DNA from: a virus
DNA length: 64,000 nucleotides
IMG/VR virus record: IMGVR_UViG_3300009502_000041
Span: 1 to 64,000 of that record
Direction: 5' to 3' (one strand)
In this document: piece by piece, positions 49,525 to 58,833 of the stretch
How positions within the stretch are numbered: the stretch's first letter is position 1
Layout: each line of letters opens with the position of its first letter
Program-made: the position numbers and the translations under genes
The notes under the pieces: model-generated
The model's database searches: none
What the model was told of the DNA's origin: nothing
Seen by the model: only the letters and a program-made list of their open reading frames with translations

Positions 49525-50649
49525 ATGGAAAATAATGCAAAGACAAAACTTTTTGAGGAACAACTTAGAAAGTTTAAATATCGTGTTGATTATAAAGTAA
49601 ACGAGTCTCCAAGATATCGTCCATTAGTTGGCGAAGACGAAGAGTTTGATGAAGTTCCTTCATTAACCAATGAGGCTGGCGATCAAGAAGATGCGCCAAA
49701 ACCAGAGGGAGCAGTTCCTCCAGCACCAACAAATGATCAGCCAATGGGAATGGAAAATGATTCTCAACCACCAGTACCAACAGAACCACCAGTACCCGCA
49801 TTTGATGCAGCAGGTGGAATGCCACCTCCAGATGGAGCACCCGCAGGAATGGACGGTATGCCACCAATGGGAGGTGCACCAGTTGAACCACAACAACAGG
49901 TAGATGATATTCAGAATGAAATTATTAGGCATAATATTGAGGCAATGAAAAGTATTCATGATCAATTGGAGAGCTTAAATAATATGGTTCAGGGATTAAA
50001 TGGTAAGTTGGAAACATTGGGTGCTGATGTTGAGGAAGTTCGTGAACCAACCAACACAGAAAAACTCATGAATAAATCAAAAGTTTCGTATCCATATTAT
50101 TTTAATTTAAATGATTTATGGACGGGAAACTGGTTTAATGAAAAGAGAGAGCAAGAAATGGAAAAGGGTGTAAGGGAATTACCTGACGGTACTTTTATTG
50201 CAGATTTTGATGATTTGCCTCAAAAATCTAAAACTGATGTTCAAAATAGTTTTAATGAGATTAGTGAATCTAAAAAAAAAGTTAAACTAAAAGAAGATTT
50301 TGAATTGAACACCAAATCTGAGATTGATGGTGTTTCAGATAAAAAAATAGCAATTAATCGAATTTACAATAAAGTATCGCCATTAATTAAGGGATTTTTT
50401 AGTGATACTGGTTGGGAAAATGTTCATAAAGTTTTTAAGGTTTTTGAAAGCATGGGCTTAGATTGGTCAATTGTTAAAGCGGAGTATGATGGCTCTATGC
50501 CACCACAGCGTAAGACTTGGTATTTTGAAATTAGTTTTGTTGACAAATTAGGTAAACCAAAACGGATTGGCGGTAATTTAACCGCAGCTGGTGCTGGAAG
50601 AGTTGAAGACCCTTTAGAAAGATATGATATATCGTTAGTACTATATTAA
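49525..50649 (+). CDS. Pro/acidic-rich putative head-internal/scaffold-like protein
   Basis: Pro-rich linker, coiled coil, VNE/LKE sites; late operon. Confidence 0.6.
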   Translation: MENNAKTKLFEEQLRKFKYRVDYKVNESPRYRPLVGEDEEFDEVPSLTNEAGDQEDAPKPEGAVPPAPTNDQPMGMENDSQPPVPTEPPVPAFDAAGGMPPPDGAPAGMDGMPPMGGAPVEPQQQVDDIQNEIIRHNIEAMKSIHDQLESLNNMVQGLNGKLETLGADVEEVREPTNTEKLMNKSKVSYPYYFNLNDLWTGNWFNEKREQEMEKGVRELPDGTFIADFDDLPQKSKTDVQNSFNEISESKKKVKLKEDFELNTKSEIDGVSDKKIAINRIYNKVSPLIKGFFSDTGWENVHKVFKVFESMGLDWSIVKAEYDGSMPPQRKTWYFEISFVDKLGKPKRIGGNLTAAGAGRVEDPLERYDISLVLY

Positions 50650-50651
50650 TT

Positions 50652-51098
50652 ATGAAAGTATTTCATTCACATGGTACAAAAGAAAGACTCTTCGAAATGA
50701 TGAAAAGGGTTAGTAATCTTAATGAACAATTATTGCCGTTTCAAAAAAAAGATGAAATTTTAAATAATTTTGTTGAGTTTGCAATAAAAAAACTTGATTT
50801 GGAAAATGATTCACCAAATGTGGTGGTATCTCATAAAGATAATGATGCTGAAGAAATGAAATCTTTTGGGAAATTTTTCCCCGACACTAACGAAATTAAG
50901 GTTGTTGGAACAAACAGAAATTTAGCTGATGTGTTAAGAACGATTGCACATGAAATAGTGCATTACAAACAAAATAAAGAGGGTAAATTAAATCAAAACT
51001 CAGGTGAGACAGGAAGTGCCGAAGAAAATGAAGCAAACGCACTTGCTGGTGTTCTTATGAGGGAATTTGGTAAAATGCATCCAGAAATATTCGAATAA
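50652..51098 (+). CDS. zincin-like metallopeptidase with a putative head-targeting leader
   Basis: RTIAHEIVHYKQ (HExxH), EENEANA. Confidence 0.75.
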   Translation: MKVFHSHGTKERLFEMMKRVSNLNEQLLPFQKKDEILNNFVEFAIKKLDLENDSPNVVVSHKDNDAEEMKSFGKFFPDTNEIKVVGTNRNLADVLRTIAHEIVHYKQNKEGKLNQNSGETGSAEENEANALAGVLMREFGKMHPEIFE

Positions 51099-51110
51099 AA
51101 AATTTATACA

Positions 51111-53144
51111 ATGAAAATATACAACCAAATTGGTAGTAAAGACAGACTTTTTGAAATGATGAAAAATGTCAACAAAGTCAAATTAAATGAAGATTTTAAT
51201 GCAAACGCATCTGACATTCTGGATATTGAGTTTAATGGACTAAAAAACCAAACACTTAAAGTTCAACAAAGTAATGTTCAGGCAAGTGATAATAAAAGCT
51301 ATGTTGAGTTGGTTTGTCTTGACGAACAAGGGAATGTAATAGACTTTAATTTCGAAGTGGAAGCATCTGAGGGTGATCAAGACGGTGTGTATAATATTAA
51401 CGGAGCTAAATTATTGGGATTTAAATTTACGAATAAGGCTGGAAGTAATACAGTTTCAATTGATGAAAATGGGTTGGCTCAATTTAATTCCTTGCATGGT
51501 AATGAGTTGGTTGATGTTGTTAGTAATTATGCCGATTTTGAGTCGGGTACACCAGAAATTGACGAATCTTTTGTAGAGATAGCAAAAAAAATTGATTCTT
51601 ATCCATTCGGTGGTACGCCAAGAACAATGCAAACATCTAAGGCATATGCAGATGAAAAACCTACAAATCCTAAACTTAGAGTTAAATCTCCAGAATTGAA
51701 TAAATATGTTGATGAGGGAAATTTACCAGTTAATGACTTGCCAGATAATAAAATACAAATTATAAAAACAGCAATTAATAATTTAGAAACAAAAGGCATC
51801 TCAAAAAGTATGTTAACAACTGGTGAGGTTAATTCTGAAATTCAAAGAATGTTAAGTAGTGGTGAAGCTAGTTTGGATGAAACTACAAATACAACCCAAA
51901 CGGTTGATACTGCACCAACGGTTGATATAAAATCAATACCTGATTTTAATACCAAAGATATTAGCACAAAATATTATGAAGAATTGCCACCAGTAACAAA
52001 ATTTGAGGTAATTCAACAGGCACTGCCAATTACAGACAAACTTTTTAAAAACTTAGGTAGAAATCCACAAGAAGCATCACGAGAAGAATATGCTGACGTA
52101 CTGAAAAGAGTTGCAACAAAAATGTATCAAAAGCATATGACGCAAATGAATGGAAGTGGTGATTTGGAAGAAGGGTTTGGAAAAAATCTTGCAGCAGGTG
52201 CATTAATGACGGCAGCTACAATGGGGGGTATGAATAATCAAGCACAAGCAGCACCTCATTTTGGTGATAAACTAAAAGCAAAAATGGAAAAAGTTGGTGG
52301 TGGTGTTCAAAAAACTATTGATAATTTTAAAGATAGAGTTGCTAATTTTAGAACCCAAGGGGGTGGAATACAAACAGAACCATCAGAAACCTCAACACAA
52401 ACGTATGAGAGAATGAGTAAAGAAGACGGATTTGGACAAGGTAAATCACCAGACCAAAGTACAGCAAAAAAGATTGCACTGAATAATGCACAACATAATC
52501 TTGCTAGAGTCGCCACTGGAAATAGAACTACAGTAAATGCAAATGTTAATAGCACTAATATTACAGATGAGGTAACTTATAGAAATAAAGATACTGGGGA
52601 ATATACGACATATGTGGTGGTGACAGCTAATGTACAGAATCTTAGAGAAGACGATGAAATGTCATTTGAGCCAAACGGCGATGAGGTTGAACAACTTGCA
52701 CAAGATAATGAAATACGGAATGATAACGAAGAATCGCCATTAGAATTCGACCCAGACCAAGTATTGGCGGGATTAAAAGTGGAGATGGAAGAAAATCCAA
52801 ATCCAATGGAAGCGTTGGAAATTGTTATGGGTAATTTGGAAGAAGACCCAGAATATTATGTAGTTGGAGATGATAATGTCGATGGTCAAGAAGAAAATCC
52901 TTCGACCGAATTTACAACCGATGATACTGAAGATATTTTACTAGGTTATAAACAAAAGGGCGATGTGGATGAAGAAATGATTGGTGCTACTGGTGCAAAA
53001 CCTGTGGTAGATACCAATACAGCCAAATATGATCAAGATTCAGAAAGAAAATACAAAGAATACCAAGCTAAAGATTTTAATTCACTACCCGATAATGATA
53101 AGGAAGAATATTTTACGCTGTGGCAACAATTTAAAGACAAATAA
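51111..53144 (+). CDS. multidomain putative head-packaged polyprotein (LPP20-like and DUF5661-like segments)
   Basis: Leader shared with 50652; GFGQGKSPDQSTAKKIALNNA; GLKVEMEE..ALEIVMGNLEEDPEYY. Confidence 0.6.
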   Translation: MKIYNQIGSKDRLFEMMKNVNKVKLNEDFNANASDILDIEFNGLKNQTLKVQQSNVQASDNKSYVELVCLDEQGNVIDFNFEVEASEGDQDGVYNINGAKLLGFKFTNKAGSNTVSIDENGLAQFNSLHGNELVDVVSNYADFESGTPEIDESFVEIAKKIDSYPFGGTPRTMQTSKAYADEKPTNPKLRVKSPELNKYVDEGNLPVNDLPDNKIQIIKTAINNLETKGISKSMLTTGEVNSEIQRMLSSGEASLDETTNTTQTVDTAPTVDIKSIPDFNTKDISTKYYEELPPVTKFEVIQQALPITDKLFKNLGRNPQEASREEYADVLKRVATKMYQKHMTQMNGSGDLEEGFGKNLAAGALMTAATMGGMNNQAQAAPHFGDKLKAKMEKVGGGVQKTIDNFKDRVANFRTQGGGIQTEPSETSTQTYERMSKEDGFGQGKSPDQSTAKKIALNNAQHNLARVATGNRTTVNANVNSTNITDEVTYRNKDTGEYTTYVVVTANVQNLREDDEMSFEPNGDEVEQLAQDNEIRNDNEESPLEFDPDQVLAGLKVEMEENPNPMEALEIVMGNLEEDPEYYVVGDDNVDGQEENPSTEFTTDDTEDILLGYKQKGDVDEEMIGATGAKPVVDTNTAKYDQDSERKYKEYQAKDFNSLPDNDKEEYFTLWQQFKDK

Positions 53145-53168
53145 GTAATTAAGATTCATACATAATTT

Positions 53169-53195
53169 AAAGACTGTTAATAGCAGTCTTTTTAT
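53169..53195 (+). terminator. intrinsic terminator
   Basis: AAAGACTGTT-aat-AGCAGTCTTT followed by a T run. Confidence 0.8.
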
Positions 53196-53225
53196 TTTTA
53201 TAGTATTTATAGTAAAAAAAGAAAA

Positions 53226-56200
53226 ATGTCAACATTTCGAAACTATTTTTTAAAGAATAATACTTTAATAGATAATAATCTAACAAATTCTTCACAGAAT
53301 CCAGTGTGTGAAATCTCATACGGGACTTATAATAAGCAAGTTAGCAGATTTATTTTTGATGTTGATTTAAGTAATTTACAAGATAAAATTGCAAATGGTT
53401 TTATTAACCCAAATAGAATTGTTAAACATGTATTGCATATGACCAATACAATTAGTGGTGCAGAACAATATGTTGGCAAAAAATCGTATTCGTTAAGTAT
53501 TGATAGAGCAACTAGTTTTAATTTAGAAGTTTTTAATGTTAATGAGGATTGGGATGAAGGGGGTGGTTATGATTTTATTTATAATGATAGCCAATTATTG
53601 GATTCTACGGTATATCCACAAGCATCAAATTGGTTTAGCAGAAAAACCGCAGATACATGGTTAACGGCTGGAGCATATTTTAGTGGTAATACTGAAATAA
53701 TTGGAACACAAAGATTCGAAACTGGTGGTGAGAATCTTGAAATAGATGTTACTGATTATATTAATCGAAGATTATTATATGGTAATATTTATACTGGCAC
53801 TACTAATTATACAGGTACTACTAACTATACTGGTGAAACTACGGGAACTACTGGTTATACAGGAACTACTGGTTATACAGGAACTACTGGTTATACAGCC
53901 ACGACATTTGGATTAGGTATTAAGTTCACAGATGTTTATGAACAACTCGATCCTGAATTTAGACAAGCAGTTGCGTTTTATACAAAACATACAAATACTT
54001 TTTATGAACCATACGTAGAGACAATTATTGATGATACAATCACTGACGATAGAAATTATTTTTATTTGGATAAAGATAATGATTTATATTTATATGCAAA
54101 TGCAGGACAGTCACAACAAAATGTTATTGTAAATCAAGTTAATATATATGATAATGAAGATATGTTACTTGGTAGTTTATCAGGTAACTCAATAGTTAAT
54201 GTAAGTAAAGGTGTTTATAAAATAACGTTAAACATTGATTCACAATCATATCCAGATGCCGTTATTTTTAGGGATGAGTGGATTATAACTATTAATAATA
54301 AAGAGATCACACATAACGGTGAATTTTATTTAATATCTCAGGATAAATATTTTACCTTTAATCAATCAAACCAAATTGATTTTAATAACTATTTTTTCTA
54401 TTTCTGGGGAATTGGGGAAAAGGAAAATATTAGAGCAGGTGCGGTTAAAAAAATTAAATTAACAATAAAAGAATTGTATTCAAACCAAGATAGTTTTTTA
54501 CCATTAGAAATTGAATATCGTTTATTCACAACAGTTGGAAAAAAATACGAAATTGATATAATTCCGTTTACTCTTACAAATAGAACTAATACTGGATATG
54601 AGTTTAGTCTTGATACTTCGTGGTTAATTCCCCAAGACTATTATTTACAAATTAGAATGAAAAATGGTGATTATTATGAAAATAAGCAAACACTATCGTT
54701 TACAATTGTAAGTGACGGTATTTTTGGCAATTTATCACATAAAATAACCACAACAAAAGCACCTAAAACAACCACCAGTACATCAACAAGTACTAGCACC
54801 AGTACCAGTACATCAACAAGCACTAGTACTAGCACCAGTACCAGTACATCTACAAGCACCAGTACATCTACAAGTACTAGTACATCTACCAGTACAAGTA
54901 CCACAACTAGTACAAGCACCACAACTAGTACATCTACTAGTACAAGCACCACAACTAGTAGTACAACCACGATAGCGCCAATACTTAATCCATTAACATT
55001 GTCTTTTGACAGTATTTTAAACGCTAATTTATTAATTGGTGGGAATTCATCGGATGTTAATGTGTGGAATACATTTTTTGATTTACCCACTAACGGTAAT
55101 TCGTTTGTAATTGCAACGGTAAGTGGAAATAGTGTAACTTTGCTTGGGGGAAACAATATTCATTTAAGAGATTCATTATTCTATGTAAATACTGTTCAAG
55201 GTAATACAACTTTAGTATCGATTGTTGATAGTTCATGTATTATTTCATCAGGAAATCAAGGTTTTATGTGTTGTGTTTCATTAACCACAATAAGTTTACC
55301 TTTATTAATTTCGGATAATGGACATTTTCTTTATGGGTGTACTTCCTTAACAACCGTTGATTTACCAAAACTGACCAATTCGGGAATATTTGGTTTTGGG
55401 TTTTGCACTTCATTAACATCAATTAATTTACCAAGTTTAATTACAACAGGAGATTATTGTTTTTATAATAGTACTGGTTTATATACTGTTAATTTACCAT
55501 TTTGTGTTAATTTGGGTAGTACCACTGGAAATGACTATGTATTTGGCGGAATTAGTGGAAGAGCTATTACACTTTCCGTTCCTCCAGCACTAATGACGTG
55601 TAATAATGGAAATCCAGATGGAGATATACAAGATTTCCTGTTTAATAATAATTCATCAATAATTTCCCCAGTAATATCTTTAAGTTTTAATAATATTACA
55701 AATGCCGATTTATTAATTGGAGGGAGTTCGTTAGATGTTAATGTTTGGAATACATTTTTTGATTTACCAAATAATGGAAATCCTTTTATTTCTGTGAGTG
55801 TTAGTGGAAACACTGTTGAATTATTTGGAGGAGAAGGTATTTTTCTTAAAGATTCATTATTTGATGATGCTGGAAGATATGGAACGAATTTATTATCTTT
55901 TATAGATTATGGAAGTATTATGAGCACTGGTTATGATTGTTTTGGGGCTGATAATAATGGGGGATGTCCTAATTTAATCACAGTGGTTCTACCAAGTGTT
56001 GCAACACTTGGTAATTATTGTTTTTTGGGGTGTTTTTCCTTAACAACCGTTGATTTACCAAGTTTGATTGTCGCAGGTCAAGGGAGTTTCCAACAATGTT
56101 CAAGTTTAATATCTATTAATTTTCCAAGTTTAATTAATATTAAAGACTATTGTTTTTATGGTTGTACATCATTAATAAATATCAATATACCTGCTTGTAT

Positions 56201-57410
56201 AAATTTAGGAACAACAACAGGAAATAACAATGTATTTTCAAACATTAACTCAAATATCATCACATTAACAGTTCCTTCTACATTGATGTCTTGTGATGGA
56301 GGTTTACCTGATGGAGATATAGTTATATTACAAGGAAATAACACAGTAACCGTCTTAACTAATGCGTTACAAATATCTATGACGTTTGTGAACACAAGGA
56401 GTTTAACTTTTTTTATTGGCAATGATCCTAGTGATATCAATGCGTGGAATACTAAATTTAATCTACCTACAAACGGTAATATATTTACTTCTGTTATTGT
56501 AAGAGGAAATTCTGTTATATTATTAGGTGGAAGTAATATTCATTTGAAAGACAACTTATTTAATCTTACTCTTGGTAGTAATGATAATGGCTTAGTGTCT
56601 TTTATTGATGGTGGATGTATTATAAGTGCAGGAAACAATGTGTTTGGAAATCAAAATCAACAAAAAGCCAATAGTAGTTTAACTACAATTAATCTTTCTG
56701 CTTTAACTACTGCTGGAAATGATTGTTTTTCTAATTGTTTTATGAATTACTTTAATGCACCATTATTGGAAACAATTGGTAATTCATGTTTCTATTACTG
56801 TTATTATTTGACTTCACTTAGTCTTCCTAGTCTAATAACCGCAGGGAATGAATCGTTTGCTTTGCTGAACTCATTAACAAATCTTGACTTACCTAAATTA
56901 ACAACTGCTGGAACTTCCTGTATTTCTTCTTGTTCTAGTTTGACTTCACTTAGTCTTCCTAGTCTAATAACCGCTGGGTATCGTTGTTTATATAACAATA
57001 CTAATTTAACCTCTTATGATTTACCAAAATTAACAAGTGCTGGCAGTGAATGTTTTAGTGGTTGTGTAGCATTAGTAAATGCTAATTTTCCAAGTTTAAC
57101 TACTGCTGGAAATACTTGTTTTTCTTATTGTACAGGACTAGTAAATATTAATTTACCAAGTTTAACTATTATTAGGGATAATTCTTTTACTGAATGCAGT
57201 TCATTAATATCAATTAATTTACCAATTTGTACAAATTTGGGATCAACTATTGGTAACAATGGTGTATTTGATGGAATAATAGGAAATACAATAACATTAA
57301 CCATACCTTCAGCATTAATGACTTGTAATGATGGTATAACCACTTTTGATCCTGATGGAGATATTCAATATTTACAGGCAAATAATACGGTAAATGTGAT
57401 AACCGTTTAA
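53226..57410 (+). CDS. large virion protein: N-terminal structural domains, Thr/Ser linker, three BspA-type LRR modules
   Basis: SRFIFDVDLSNL (DNRLRE-like), (TS)n tract, repeated CF.GCTSLT.INLPSL.TAG; GTATTTAT at 53203-53210. Confidence 0.8.
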   Translation: MSTFRNYFLKNNTLIDNNLTNSSQNPVCEISYGTYNKQVSRFIFDVDLSNLQDKIANGFINPNRIVKHVLHMTNTISGAEQYVGKKSYSLSIDRATSFNLEVFNVNEDWDEGGGYDFIYNDSQLLDSTVYPQASNWFSRKTADTWLTAGAYFSGNTEIIGTQRFETGGENLEIDVTDYINRRLLYGNIYTGTTNYTGTTNYTGETTGTTGYTGTTGYTGTTGYTATTFGLGIKFTDVYEQLDPEFRQAVAFYTKHTNTFYEPYVETIIDDTITDDRNYFYLDKDNDLYLYANAGQSQQNVIVNQVNIYDNEDMLLGSLSGNSIVNVSKGVYKITLNIDSQSYPDAVIFRDEWIITINNKEITHNGEFYLISQDKYFTFNQSNQIDFNNYFFYFWGIGEKENIRAGAVKKIKLTIKELYSNQDSFLPLEIEYRLFTTVGKKYEIDIIPFTLTNRTNTGYEFSLDTSWLIPQDYYLQIRMKNGDYYENKQTLSFTIVSDGIFGNLSHKITTTKAPKTTTSTSTSTSTSTSTSTSTSTSTSTSTSTSTSTSTSTSTSTSTSTTTSTSTTTSTSTSTSTTTSSTTTIAPILNPLTLSFDSILNANLLIGGNSSDVNVWNTFFDLPTNGNSFVIATVSGNSVTLLGGNNIHLRDSLFYVNTVQGNTTLVSIVDSSCIISSGNQGFMCCVSLTTISLPLLISDNGHFLYGCTSLTTVDLPKLTNSGIFGFGFCTSLTSINLPSLITTGDYCFYNSTGLYTVNLPFCVNLGSTTGNDYVFGGISGRAITLSVPPALMTCNNGNPDGDIQDFLFNNNSSIISPVISLSFNNITNADLLIGGSSLDVNVWNTFFDLPNNGNPFISVSVSGNTVELFGGEGIFLKDSLFDDAGRYGTNLLSFIDYGSIMSTGYDCFGADNNGGCPNLITVVLPSVATLGNYCFLGCFSLTTVDLPSLIVAGQGSFQQCSSLISINFPSLINIKDYCFYGCTSLININIPACINLGTTTGNNNVFSNINSNIITLTVPSTLMSCDGGLPDGDIVILQGNNTVTVLTNALQISMTFVNTRSLTFFIGNDPSDINAWNTKFNLPTNGNIFTSVIVRGNSVILLGGSNIHLKDNLFNLTLGSNDNGLVSFIDGGCIISAGNNVFGNQNQQKANSSLTTINLSALTTAGNDCFSNCFMNYFNAPLLETIGNSCFYYCYYLTSLSLPSLITAGNESFALLNSLTNLDLPKLTTAGTSCISSCSSLTSLSLPSLITAGYRCLYNNTNLTSYDLPKLTSAGSECFSGCVALVNANFPSLTTAGNTCFSYCTGLVNINLPSLTIIRDNSFTECSSLISINLPICTNLGSTIGNNGVFDGIIGNTITLTIPSALMTCNDGITTFDPDGDIQYLQANNTVNVITV
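53790..53900 (+). repeat. 18-bp coding tandem repeat (GTTGYT/GTTNYT)
   Basis: GGAACTACTGGTTATACA x3 at 53844-53897 plus degenerate upstream copies. Confidence 0.9.
54768..54971 (+). repeat. Thr-Ser low-complexity coding repeat
   Basis: ACN-AGY/TCN hexamer array encoding roughly 65 consecutive T/S residues. Confidence 0.95.
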
Positions 57411-57451
57411 ATTTTTATTTTTTAAATATAATTAAAAAATTTTAAAAACAC

Positions 57452-57482
57452 TTGTATTTATAATAAATGAAGGCTATATTTG
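57452..57482 (+). promoter_or_regulatory. Bacteroidota-type promoter overlapping a late motif
   Basis: TTG-N20-TATATTTG; GTATTTAT at 57454-57461. Confidence 0.65.
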
Positions 57483-57530
57483 TAGCACAATTATATAATT
57501 GAAAATAATTTTAACTGTAAATTTTTTAAA

Positions 57531-58757
57531 ATGGAAAACCAAAATTCAAATGCGACAAATGCCCAAGGCGGCAATTTGTCAGATTTAAAAAGAATGTTTA
57601 ATGACTACCAGAAAAAACAAACCCAAGCTGGTTCAGGTAACAGAAAAACACGTGAGGACATCTTATCAAAGTACTTCGTCCCTCGTAAAACCAAAGAATT
57701 GTTTAGGATTCTTCCCCCAAAAGGAAACAAGAAACACATTGAAGAAGCATTCTTCCATGTTGTCACTACTAACGCTGCTGGTGGTAAGAAAAAGCACGGT
57801 ACTGTTGTTTATTGTCCTGCTCACAATGACGTTAAGGTAAAAAAAATGGACAGTAACGGTAATCCTGTTTTGGATTCTTCTGGTATTCAAATTATGATTC
57901 CAGCACCATGTCCTTTGTGTGCAAAAAACAAAAAACTCATTGCAACACAAGATCAATCTTTAAAGGGCATTAAGAAAGAGAACATGAATGATGATCAATT
58001 GAAGATTAAGGCAAAAAATGATGAAATCTACAAGGATGCCATCAAATGGGAAGCGAAAAAATTTTACATCGTTCGTGGTATTGACAAGGGTCAAGAAAAA
58101 GACGGTGTTAAATTCTGGAGATTTAAACACAATTACAAAAATCAAGGTACTCTTGATAAACTTCTTCCTATAATTCAAGAATATATGGAAGTACAACAGG
58201 CAGATTTTTCTAACCCTCAGAATGGTACTGATTTAAGTATTATTATGACCGATAGCGAATTCAATGGTCATGTTTACAAAACAATTTCTGCAATTAGTTA
58301 TCGTGGTAAATCACCACTTCACAGCGATCCTTTGGTTGCAAGACAATGGCTTGATGATGATATTATTTGGAGAGATGTTTTTCTACCCAAAAGAGCACCA
58401 AACACAACTCCTTATGAGTTTTTGGAGATGATTGTTAGAGGAGAAAATCCTTATTGGGACGACACTGACGCATCTAACAAGCATTGGGTGTTCCCAAATC
58501 GTCCTGACTTGGAAGAAGCAGCAAATACTCGTAATCGTAATCTTGATGCCGATGCTGAAGAAGATTTTGAACAAGCATCTGACTTGGATGAAGAATATCC
58601 ACGTGTCACAATTAATAACATTACCGAATCAAAGGTAGGTACTTATAATGACAATGCATCTGATTTGGGGGCTGAAATACTTGCAAACGCACCAAAGGTT
58701 GTTGATGTAGTAGAAGAAGAACCTGAGAGTGATAATTATGAGGATCTTCCTTTTTAA
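57531..58757 (+). CDS. single-stranded DNA-binding protein (T4 gp32-like)
   Basis: FRILPP, CPLC, KKFYIVRGID...GVKFWRF, GTDLSI; acidic tail ending EDLPF. Confidence 0.88.
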   Translation: MENQNSNATNAQGGNLSDLKRMFNDYQKKQTQAGSGNRKTREDILSKYFVPRKTKELFRILPPKGNKKHIEEAFFHVVTTNAAGGKKKHGTVVYCPAHNDVKVKKMDSNGNPVLDSSGIQIMIPAPCPLCAKNKKLIATQDQSLKGIKKENMNDDQLKIKAKNDEIYKDAIKWEAKKFYIVRGIDKGQEKDGVKFWRFKHNYKNQGTLDKLLPIIQEYMEVQQADFSNPQNGTDLSIIMTDSEFNGHVYKTISAISYRGKSPLHSDPLVARQWLDDDIIWRDVFLPKRAPNTTPYEFLEMIVRGENPYWDDTDASNKHWVFPNRPDLEEAANTRNRNLDADAEEDFEQASDLDEEYPRVTINNITESKVGTYNDNASDLGAEILANAPKVVDVVEEEPESDNYEDLPF

Positions 58758-58779
58758 GTATTGAGATTTTAAAATTAAT

Positions 58780-58806
58780 AATAAGGGGATGAAAATCCCC
58801 TTATTT
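58780..58806 (+). terminator. hairpin/terminator
   Basis: AATAAGGGGAT-GAAA-ATCCCCTTATT. Confidence 0.8.
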
Positions 58807-58833
58807 ACATAATTTAATTAAACATAAAATTAC

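Noticed and set aside
54674-55156. Val/Leu-rich membrane-like minus-strand ORF
   Set aside because: Antisense reading of the Thr/Ser repeat.
54985-57410. Diversity-generating retroelement target/template repeats
   Set aside because: Repeats are in-frame protein modules, I saw no adenine-restricted mismatch pattern, and no reverse transcriptase is in the window.
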